64,000 nt of DNA, from assembly GCA_934141535.1 (NCBI GenBank), contig CAKPCH010000002.1, positions 11,914 through 75,913 on the forward strand, in the 5' to 3' direction. Positions 56,772-64,000 of the stretch are shown in pieces. Origin of the DNA: an uncultured Bacilli bacterium (lineage in GTDB: Bacteria > Bacillota_I > Bacilli_A > RF39 > UBA660). The notes below the pieces were generated by a model that saw only the letters and a list, made by a program, of their open reading frames with translations, had not been told where the DNA came from and did no database searches. The translations under genes and the position numbers were made by a program. Every line of letters starts with the position of its first letter. Within the stretch, counting starts at the first letter, position 1.

Positions 56772-57197
56772 TTAAATTTTTCTTACCTTTGTACCTGCTT
56801 CCTCAAAGAAAGCTTTAGATAATTCATCGGGATATTCTTTATCATAAACGATTTCACTAACACCACAACTAACAAGCATTTTAGCACATATATGACATGG
56901 ATATGTTGTAATGTATGCTACACTTCCATCTAAATCCACACCATTTCTAGCTGCTTCTGTAATTGCTAATTGTTCTGCACATATAGCACGACAAACTTCT
57001 CTTCTTTGTCCACTTGGTATATGTAATTTATCCCTTATGCATCCTACATCTCTGCAATCTTTTATACCACCAACGGTATTATTATATCCTTGAGCAATTA
57101 TTTTATTATCACGTACAAATACTGCACCCACTTTAGCTCTTAGGCAATATGATTTATCTGCCTGCTCATAGGCTTTTTCCATATATTCTTTATCCAT
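56772..57197 (-). CDS. Cytidine/deoxycytidylate deaminase-family protein, ComEB-like with CAE zinc motif
   Basis: RAICAEQLAI (C-A-E) and TYPCHICAKM (PCxxC), plus the extra Cys cluster CRDVGCIRD...EVCR typical of dCMP deaminases with a structural zinc. Confidence 0.75.
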   Translation of the reverse strand: MDKEYMEKAYEQADKSYCLRAKVGAVFVRDNKIIAQGYNNTVGGIKDCRDVGCIRDKLHIPSGQRREVCRAICAEQLAITEAARNGVDLDGSVAYITTYPCHICAKMLVSCGVSEIVYDKEYPDELSKAFFEEAGTKVRKI

Positions 57198-57204
57198 AAT
57201 TCAC

Positions 57205-57684
57205 CTATAAATTTATATTTATGCTTTTACCTTTTAATTCATATTTTCTATACTTTATGTTGCATTTATCAAACATCTTTTTAGCAGCAGTATTACTTGG
57301 AGTCTTATCATATTTATCACTTAAATATATAACTTCTTTTATACCTGATTGAATTATTGCTTTAGCACATTCATTACAAGGAAATAAAGTTACATAAATC
57401 TTACAATCTTTAACAAGTGATTTAGAATTTAATATTGCATTTAATTCCGAATGACATACATATGCATATTTAGTATCAAGAAAGTCTCCTTCACGATCCC
57501 AAGACATATCTTTATCATCATCATATCCTATAGGTGCTCCATTATAACCTACAGAAATTATTTTATTATTATCATCAACTATACAAGCACCCACTTGTGA
57601 ATTAGGATCTTTACTTCTTTCTCCAGAAAGAATTGCAAGTCCCATAAAATATTCTTCCCAAGATAAATAATCTTTTCTTTTCAT
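57205..57684 (-). CDS. dCMP deaminase (eukaryote/T4-like type)
   Basis: LSWEEYFMGLAILSGERSKDPNSQVGACIV, CHSELNAI (H-x-E), LFPCNECAKAI (PCxxC). Confidence 0.8.
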   Translation of the reverse strand: MKRKDYLSWEEYFMGLAILSGERSKDPNSQVGACIVDDNNKIISVGYNGAPIGYDDDKDMSWDREGDFLDTKYAYVCHSELNAILNSKSLVKDCKIYVTLFPCNECAKAIIQSGIKEVIYLSDKYDKTPSNTAAKKMFDKCNIKYRKYELKGKSININL

Positions 57685-57942
57685 TTATGCACCTACTTTT
57701 CTTTTTAATTCTTCATAAATACTATCAGGTACTTCTATTTCTAACTTTCTATTAAGTATTTTAGATTTTTGTGCTTTTTCTATAACACTTTGTTCTAATT
57801 TTAAATAAGCACCTTTACCGTTTTGCTTACCTGTCTCATCAACCATAACTTCACCAAGAGGTGTTCTAACTATTCTAATTAGATCTTTCTTTTCACATTT
57901 TTCACCTGTTACTACACAGGTTCTCATAGGAATCTTCTTCAT
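57685..57942 (-). CDS. rnpM: YlxR/RnpM-family RNA-binding protein
   Basis: IPMRTCVVTGEKCEKKDLIRIV...GKGAYL; immediately downstream of nusA. Confidence 0.88.
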   Translation of the reverse strand: MKKIPMRTCVVTGEKCEKKDLIRIVRTPLGEVMVDETGKQNGKGAYLKLEQSVIEKAQKSKILNRKLEIEVPDSIYEELKRKVGA

Positions 57943-57948
57943 ACTTAC

Positions 57949-59133
57949 CTACTCTAGAATATTTATTCCAGCCTCATGTACTTGTTCTATTGTTTTAATT
58001 TCTAAATTATAGTGAGTTAAACGACTAGCAAGTTTTACGTTTATACCATGTCTTCCTATAGCAAGACTTAAATTTTTATCATCAACAACAACCATTGTTT
58101 CTTTTGTTTTTTCATCTAATATAAATACTCTTAAATCTTTAGCAGGACTTAATGCATTTTGAATAAATTCAACTGGATCTTTAGAATATTTTACTATATC
58201 TATTTTTTCATTTCCTAATTCTTTTAATATATTAGCAATTCTCATTCCTTTTTCACCAATACAAGCTCCAATTGGATCTACATTAGAATTTTCTGAATAT
58301 ACTGCTATTTTAGTTCTATTACCAGCTTCACGAGCAACACTATATATAAGAACTGTTCCATCACTTATCTCTGGTATTTCAAGTTCAAATAATCTTTTAA
58401 TAAATCCATAATGTTTACGAGATAAAAGTATTAAAGCTCCTTTTGAGTTAATATCAACTTTACTTATATATACTTTAATATTTGAACCCATTTTTATTTG
58501 TTCACCTGGTATAATTTCTGTTTTAGGAAGTAAGCCTTGAGTTTTACCTAAATTAATATAATAATTATTTTCGTCTTCCATTTCTACAGTACCAGACATC
58601 ATTTCATCTTGTTTTTCTCCAAATTCTAAAGCTATACTATTTCTTTCTGCTTCACGAACTTTTTGAATTATTACTTGTTTTGCTGTAGCAGCAGCTACAC
58701 GTCCAAAATCTTTAGGATTAACTTCTTCTTCTATAGTTTCTCCAACTTTAATATCTGGATCTTTTTTTCTAGCATCTTCTAAAGTAATATATATTTTATC
58801 ATTAAATACAAATGGTCTATATCTAAATTCTTCTGGTAAATCTTCTAATTCTTCATCTTCTAATTGTTCTTCTGTTAAAACTTCTTCATCTTTCATTGGG
58901 ATATTATCTTCTTCTAAAGATTCTTTATGATTTTTATCAAGTACTACTGTTTTATAAGAAAATTGTCTAAAAGTATAATTATCTTCATCATACTCAGTTC
59001 TTACATTAGTAAGTCCTGTTTGTTTCTTATAAGCACTATTTAAAGCTAAAATCATAGATTCAATTATATAATCTTTAGTCATTCCCTTATCTTCTAACAA
59101 TTCTAATGTTTTCTTAAACTCTTTACTATTCAT
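57949..59133 (-). CDS. nusA: Transcription termination/antitermination factor NusA
   Basis: S1 and two KH domains (GACIGEKGMRI, LAIGRHGINVKLA). Start ATG 59133 (MNSKEF...). Confidence 0.96.
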   Translation of the reverse strand: MNSKEFKKTLELLEDKGMTKDYIIESMILALNSAYKKQTGLTNVRTEYDEDNYTFRQFSYKTVVLDKNHKESLEEDNIPMKDEEVLTEEQLEDEELEDLPEEFRYRPFVFNDKIYITLEDARKKDPDIKVGETIEEEVNPKDFGRVAAATAKQVIIQKVREAERNSIALEFGEKQDEMMSGTVEMEDENNYYINLGKTQGLLPKTEIIPGEQIKMGSNIKVYISKVDINSKGALILLSRKHYGFIKRLFELEIPEISDGTVLIYSVAREAGNRTKIAVYSENSNVDPIGACIGEKGMRIANILKELGNEKIDIVKYSKDPVEFIQNALSPAKDLRVFILDEKTKETMVVVDDKNLSLAIGRHGINVKLASRLTHYNLEIKTIEQVHEAGINILE

Positions 59134-59134
59134 G

Positions 59135-59389
59135 TTATTCACAACCTTTCTCTTTTGAACACACATCTAAGATATAACTATCACTTATATAAGTTATATC
59201 ATCCAACATAGGATCTATTATATGAGTAACTTTAACACAATCCTCTATATCTATAATACCATTCTTATCTATTACTACTCTTAAATAATAATTACCATCT
59301 TCTTTAACATATAATACTTCATCAAGTATATACCCAGCTTCACTTATAGGCTTTTCTATAAGTTCTCTTACATTCTTTTCAATATCCAT
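59135..59389 (-). CDS. rimP: Ribosome maturation factor RimP, N-terminal domain only (84 aa)
   Basis: LIEKPISEAGYILDEVLYVKEDGNYYLRVVIDK..IDIEDCVKVTHIIDPMLD...YILDVCS matches the RimP N-domain up to the position of the Y-x-L-E-V-S-S-P-G motif. It then stops 1 nt before the nusA ATG. SD GGAGG. Confidence 0.7.
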   Translation of the reverse strand: MDIEKNVRELIEKPISEAGYILDEVLYVKEDGNYYLRVVIDKNGIIDIEDCVKVTHIIDPMLDDITYISDSYILDVCSKEKGCE

Positions 59390-59573
59390 AAACTCCTCCA
59401 ATTAACTTAAAGAGTGGATAAATATCCACTCTCTTGCTTGCAACAAACTAATTATACCATATTTTTTTAAAGTTTAAAACATCTTTTTACACAATTTAAA
59501 CATTTATTATAGAAAGCATCAATTTACAGAATAAAATATACGTGCTATAATAGTAAAAGAAAGTAGGAATAAT

Positions 59574-60281
59574 ATGGAGAATGAGAAGAATAAAGATTTA
59601 AAAAATGCATTAACTGGGACGTTTGTTATTATATTATATTCTATATTTACAGATTTACTTATATCATTATTAAAAGTTTTTAACATCAATTATAATAATT
59701 TTAATACTATATCAAAATGTGTTTTTGTAGCTTTATCAGAAATCATTTTAACTTTAATAATAATACTTATTTATAAAAATGATTTTATTCCTAATTTTAA
59801 AGATTTTATTAAAAATATTAAATCATACTTTGATAAATATATTAAATACTGGTTTTTAACCTTAGGATTAATGATAATGAGTAATCTTATAATAACACTT
59901 TTTACTACATCCGAAATATCTAACAATCAAGAAATGATTGTAGAAACATTTAAGAAACTACCAATATATACTATTATTGTTACTATAGTAGTAGCACCTT
60001 TCTTAGAAGAATTAGTATTTAGAATGTCTTTTAGAAAAATATTTGCTCACTCTAATATCTTATTTATATTATTTTCAGGATTTATTTTTGGAGGATTACA
60101 TGTTATTACTTCGTTAACTAGTTTAAATAATTTATTATTTATTATTCCATATAGTATACCAGGTTTTATGTTTGCATACCTATATACTAAATCAAATAAT
60201 ATCATGGTGCCTATTATGTTACATTTTATTCATAATAGTGTAATGATGCTTATGCAACTGATTGTTATATTTATAAAATAG
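59574..60281 (+). CDS. CPBP-family intramembrane protease
   Basis: APFLEELVFRMSFRK (EExxxR), FGGLH, MLHFIHNS. Confidence 0.8.
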   Translation: MENEKNKDLKNALTGTFVIILYSIFTDLLISLLKVFNINYNNFNTISKCVFVALSEIILTLIIILIYKNDFIPNFKDFIKNIKSYFDKYIKYWFLTLGLMIMSNLIITLFTTSEISNNQEMIVETFKKLPIYTIIVTIVVAPFLEELVFRMSFRKIFAHSNILFILFSGFIFGGLHVITSLTSLNNLLFIIPYSIPGFMFAYLYTKSNNIMVPIMLHFIHNSVMMLMQLIVIFIK

Positions 60282-60317
60282 GATAGAAATTAATCTATCC
60301 TATTTTTAATATCATCT

Positions 60318-60361
60318 AAAAAAACAAGTAATATTTTTAAAAAATTAAAAATTATTACTTG
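60318..60361 (-). terminator. Terminator after the small 60397-60549 gene
   Basis: CAAGTAATA (60325-60333) / TATTACTTG (60353-60361), with a U7 run on the minus strand (A-run 60318-60324). It shares 17 identical nt with the terminator at 3258-3289. Confidence 0.55.
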
Positions 60362-60396
60362 CGATATTATTATCTATTAATTATAGATAATAAATG

Positions 60397-60549
60397 TTAC
60401 ATCATATCATCTAGTTTTTTACTTGCACTCTTCATAGCATCATCTGCTAAAGTTTGTAGTTTTTCCATTACTGGTTCACTATACTTTTGATATGCAAGTA
60501 CTGCTCCAGCACCCATAGCTATTAAAGCCATCGATTTTACTATTTTCAT
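60397..60549 (-). CDS. Small membrane-anchored protein (50 aa), YtxH-like?
   Basis: MKIVKSMALIAMGAGAVLAYQKYSEPVMEKLQTLADDAMKSASKKLDDMM; SD GAGGTGA. The track extension to 60600 is rejected. Confidence 0.4.
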   Translation of the reverse strand: MKIVKSMALIAMGAGAVLAYQKYSEPVMEKLQTLADDAMKSASKKLDDMM

Positions 60550-60619
60550 ACTTATCACCTCACTAGAAATATGACAAAATGTATATATCTCTATATACAT
60601 TTATATTTTTAATCATTTT

Positions 60620-62836
60620 TTATTTTTTATTCAAAGAATTAATTAATTTTTCTAAAAGTGTTGTTTTTCTTAATCTTTCATTATTATTTCTAACTCCATA
60701 AATAAATGCTTGAGGTTCTCCTATTAGTATTAATCTTTTTTTAGCACGTGTTATTCCTGTATATAATAATTTTTTATATAGCATTCTTTTATATTGTGAG
60801 CACACAGGTATTATAACTAATTCAAATTCACTACCTTGACTTTTATGTATACTTATAATATATCCATGTTTAAATTTATTAAAATCTTTTGATTTATAAG
60901 TAACTAAATTACCATAATAATCTATTGTAATTTCAGGAACTCCACTTTTAGTTCCTCTTACATTTATTTTATCTATTACTCCTATATCACCATTAAACAC
61001 GTTATTATCAGGATCATTTACTAATTGTAATACTTTATCATTTTCTCTAAATACTACATCTCCATATTTTATTTCTAATTTTTTTATATCAGCAGGATTA
61101 AATACGTCTTGTAGTACTTTATTTATATTATCTATTCCATTAACTCCAGCATACATTGGAGCCATTATTTGAACTCTTTTATAGTCATATCCTTTACTTA
61201 GTACTTGCTTTGTAATGCTTACTAAACTAGGTATTATATAGTCACTATTTACTTTTAAAAATTTATAGTCATCTCTATCTATTAAGAAATCTTCTTCTAA
61301 TGAATCATTCTTTATATCATTAGCAAGTACAGGTATATAACTTGATTCATCTTGTCTATATAATAAATCTAATTCTATTGTATCTACTATATCGCTATCT
61401 ATTAAATCTTTTAAAACGTTACCTATTCCTACACTTGGTAATTGATTATAATCTCCTACAAGTACTAATTTTATATTATTTGTAAGACCTCTTAATAAAC
61501 TAGCCATTAAATGATTATCTATCATACTTACTTCATCTACTATTACAAGATTAGAAAAATCAGGATTATATTCATCTACCATAAATGTATTTGATTCTTT
61601 ATTCCATTTTAAAAACCTATGAATAGTAGAAGCTCTTAAAAGTGTAGATTCACTCATTCTTTTACTAGCACGCCCTGTGGGCGCTAAAAGAGCTAAATTA
61701 CGTACTAAATCATCATTAGTAAATTTATTTAATTTTTTATATAAATCTACTATTGCTTTTATTATTGTTGTTTTACCTGTACCAGGTCCACCTGTTACTA
61801 TAGTTATATTATTTTGTAAAGATGATATTATAGCTTCTATTTGTGAATCACTATATGTAATATTATATTTATCTTCTAATTCTTTTACTCTTAAATCTAT
61901 ATTTTTATATTTAGTAACATCTTTATTAATAAGATAATTTATTTTGCTTACTATATATTCTTCATCTTCATAAGTTTCATATATATAATATTTATCATCT
62001 TCTACTTTAATTTTAAATTCTTCTTCTAATTCATTTAATGCTTCATCAAATATATTAACATCTATTTCATTTTTAAGATAAAAAGATAATCCTTCATATA
62101 TTTCACTATATGATAAATAAGTATCACCATTTCTAAAAGTTAATTCATTCATAACATAAATTATACATGCTTTAATTCTATTTATATTAAGTTTATCTTC
62201 ATTTAAAGAAAGTGCGATTTGATCTACTTTAGTAAAGTTAATCTCATCTATATCATCTATAAGTCTATATATATCATGTTCAATTATTTTTATTGTATTA
62301 CTTTTATATGTATTATAAATGTTTAAAGCATCTTTCATATTAAATCCCATTTCAGTAAGTTTTACAATTATTTCATGAGACTCTTCATATTTTATTAATG
62401 TGTCATAAATTAAATTAATTTTATCTTCTGATAATTTTGATACTTTATATAATATTGTTTTATCTTTAATTATTAGGTCAAGAGCATTATCGCCAATAGT
62501 TTCAACTATTCTTTTAGCCATTTTTTCTCCTATACCTTTAAATAAATCACTAGATAAAAATTCTATTACTCCATCTTTATCTTCTGGTTTTATTCTTTCA
62601 TATTCTTTTACGTTGAATTGAAAGCCATATTTTGGATGATGAGCAATTTCACCATACATTATATATTTTTCATTTTCTCTTAAATCTGCAAAGTATCCTG
62701 TAAAGGTAATTGTTTTATTTACATATTCTTGCATATCTATTATATTTGTTTCAAATACTTTTAAAAGTCCTATCACATATCCTTTATCACTTTTAAATAT
62801 ATTTGTTTTAAATGTTCCCTTTACATAATCTTGCAT
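60620..62836 (-). CDS. recD2: RecD2-type SF1B DNA helicase (YrrC-like)
   Basis: HhH region, VTGGPGTGKTT (Walker A), LVIVDEVSMID, GDYNQLPSVG, SIHKSQGSEF. Confidence 0.92.
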   Translation of the reverse strand: MQDYVKGTFKTNIFKSDKGYVIGLLKVFETNIIDMQEYVNKTITFTGYFADLRENEKYIMYGEIAHHPKYGFQFNVKEYERIKPEDKDGVIEFLSSDLFKGIGEKMAKRIVETIGDNALDLIIKDKTILYKVSKLSEDKINLIYDTLIKYEESHEIIVKLTEMGFNMKDALNIYNTYKSNTIKIIEHDIYRLIDDIDEINFTKVDQIALSLNEDKLNINRIKACIIYVMNELTFRNGDTYLSYSEIYEGLSFYLKNEIDVNIFDEALNELEEEFKIKVEDDKYYIYETYEDEEYIVSKINYLINKDVTKYKNIDLRVKELEDKYNITYSDSQIEAIISSLQNNITIVTGGPGTGKTTIIKAIVDLYKKLNKFTNDDLVRNLALLAPTGRASKRMSESTLLRASTIHRFLKWNKESNTFMVDEYNPDFSNLVIVDEVSMIDNHLMASLLRGLTNNIKLVLVGDYNQLPSVGIGNVLKDLIDSDIVDTIELDLLYRQDESSYIPVLANDIKNDSLEEDFLIDRDDYKFLKVNSDYIIPSLVSITKQVLSKGYDYKRVQIMAPMYAGVNGIDNINKVLQDVFNPADIKKLEIKYGDVVFRENDKVLQLVNDPDNNVFNGDIGVIDKINVRGTKSGVPEITIDYYGNLVTYKSKDFNKFKHGYIISIHKSQGSEFELVIIPVCSQYKRMLYKKLLYTGITRAKKRLILIGEPQAFIYGVRNNNERLRKTTLLEKLINSLNKK

Positions 62837-62878
62837 GTTATCACCTTATTAATTATATCACGAAAAAGTATTAAACTT

Positions 62879-64000
62879 TTAATCATCTGCTAAATTATCA
62901 AAATATCCTTGTATGTATACAACTGGCGTTCCTTTATCACCACTTCCACTTGTTAAATCACAAAGTGAACCTATTAAATCAGTTAAACGTCGTGGTGTTG
63001 TACCTTGTGTTATCATTTTACCTTTTAAGTTGCTATCTTTATTTTTTATTTCATTTTTTATAGCATCTTTTAACTCTTCTCCTTTAAGATCAGCAAATTT
63101 ATTATCTGATACATATTTTAATTTTATTTCGTTTGGTGTACCTTCTAATCCACTTGTATAAGCTGGTGATACAACTGGATCTGCAAGTTCCCAAATATGA
63201 CCAACTGGATCTTTAAAAGCACCATCTCCATAAACCATAACTTCTATGTTTTTTCCAGTTTTTTCCTTTAATTTTTTTTGTATATCAAGAACTAATTTAT
63301 CACCTGTTTTTGGAAAAAGTTTTAATCTTTCTTCTGTAGATTTATTTGAACCAAGTAGTCCATACTTTTCATTAAATCCACTACCATTTATTGGACTTGT
63401 CATAACTTCATATAATCCATATACTTTAGCGCCCTCTTCTTCCAATATTTTTTTTGTATGTAATCTTGTATGTATATCACAAGTTAATATATCATTAGAA
63501 TAGCTTAATATTGTTTTAGGATTATTTGAAAAAACAAATTCTACTTTACAATTTTCACTTTCTATTAAATCTCTATAGAAATCTACCATGTTAATCCCTG
63601 TAAATGGGTGTATATAACTTGAAAAAGTATCCATATATTCTTTTTCTGTTATTATACTAGTTAGATTATATCTACTCTTATCAAGCGTATCTAAATCAAG
63701 TATACCATTTCCTACTTCATCTGATGGAAAACTAAGTAACATAGTTATTTTATTCATACCACGCGCTATTCCTTTTAATATAAGTGAAAATCTATTCCTA
63801 CTAAGTATAGGAAAAACTACTCCTATATTTTTACTTGGAAACTTATCTTGAATATCTTTTGCTACATCATCTACTGTTACATAATTTCCTTCACTAATAC
63901 CTACTACTGCTTCTGTTACTGCTACTACATCTGAATCTTTAAATTCGAATTTTTCTTGTTGTTGTGCTTGTAATAAAGATTCAACTACTATGTTTGCTAA
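62879..64000 (-). CDS. Coenzyme F420-0:L-glutamate ligase (CofE)-like family protein; 5' end lies beyond the right edge
   Basis: The frame stays open from the stop at 62879 to base 64000: ..LANIVVESLLQAQQQEKFEFKDSDVVAVTEAVVGISEGNYVTVDDVAKDI..VVFPILSRNRFS..MLLSFPSDEVGN... Layout is as recalled for PF01996. The track M at 63757 is internal. Confidence 0.45.
   Translation of the reverse strand, partial: LANIVVESLLQAQQQEKFEFKDSDVVAVTEAVVGISEGNYVTVDDVAKDIQDKFPSKNIGVVFPILSRNRFSLILKGIARGMNKITMLLSFPSDEVGNGILDLDTLDKSRYNLTSIITEKEYMDTFSSYIHPFTGINMVDFYRDLIESENCKVEFVFSNNPKTILSYSNDILTCDIHTRLHTKKILEEEGAKVYGLYEVMTSPINGSGFNEKYGLLGSNKSTEERLKLFPKTGDKLVLDIQKKLKEKTGKNIEVMVYGDGAFKDPVGHIWELADPVVSPAYTSGLEGTPNEIKLKYVSDNKFADLKGEELKDAIKNEIKNKDSNLKGKMITQGTTPRRLTDLIGSLCDLTSGSGDKGTPVVYIQGYFDNLADD

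Noticed and set aside
537-63503. Other short track ORFs antisense to or nested in long genes: 537-929, 2641-2835, 5930-6163, 6481-6681, 7611-7799, 16761-16979, 16991-17200, 18777-18977, 24348-24599, 31279-31533, 31922-32113, 33192-33419, 34341-34604, 35092-35280, 46318-46512, 47594-47818, 50192-50494, 51381-51749, 54314-54529, 55860-56096, 56911-57093, 61677-61937, 62913-63161, 63246-63503
   Set aside because: Each overlaps a longer ORF on the opposite strand that has recognisable family motifs. None has a convincing SD, and the translations are low-complexity.
1-64000. Alternative genetic code (UGA=Trp, as in Mollicutes), considered because of the very low GC
   Set aside because: Long housekeeping ORFs are intact under the standard code, Trp positions in conserved motifs are TGG, and sporulation genes argue against Mollicutes.

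Overview
Very AT-rich chromosomal segment, roughly three quarters A+T by eye, from an endospore-forming Bacillota (Firmicutes) genome. About 80 genes are present and almost all lie on the minus strand, so this is probably one replichore. Most of the window is core housekeeping arranged in Bacillus-subtilis-like micro-synteny blocks: secE-nusG ... rplK-rplA-rplJ; spoIVFA-spoIVFB-rplU-prp-rpmA; gpsB-rnpB-rodZ-pgsA; lon-engB; lepA ... hemW; rimP-nusA-ylxR ... infB-rbfA; rpsT/gpr; der; recG; recD2; serS. Sporulation genes are scattered through it: spoIVA, spoIIIAH-like, gerE, gerM, sigK (uninterrupted), spoVIF-like, gpr and spoIVFA/FB. RNA features found by eye are RNase P RNA (type B), tRNA-Gly(GCC), tRNA-Cys(GCA), tRNA-Arg(UCU), a Ser-specific T-box, and L10 and possibly L21 leaders. 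I saw no CRISPR array, transposase, integrase, prophage or recognisable multi-gene defence system. Seven things do not fit ordinary core-genome expectations. (1) Two orphan small-RNA candidates, each with its own near-consensus promoter and terminator and an unpaired C-rich stretch, flank the recG/exporter pair. (2) A 1.4-kb tRNA-Arg-adjacent islet carries a riboswitch-like or type-III-TA-like structured RNA plus terminator in front of a small putative RNase-fold protein, and also a promoter-to-terminator unit of three micro-ORFs. (3) Accessory genes are inserted into normally invariant operons: a cell-wall cassette between nusG and rplK, two tandem dCMP-deaminase-family genes between ylxR and infB, an HD (alarmone-hydrolase-like) gene between a Ser T-box and serS, and an unknown coupled ORF between lepA and hemW. 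(4) Pilin-like proteins are scattered without assembly genes, including a 580-aa pilin-adhesin fusion. (5) A synthase-type glycosyltransferase is bracketed by paralogous membrane proteins. (6) Duplicated Wzy_C/O-antigen-ligase-like genes flank dusB-spoVIF. (7) rimP is truncated. All functional calls rest on motif recognition by eye. No database search or covariance model could be run.
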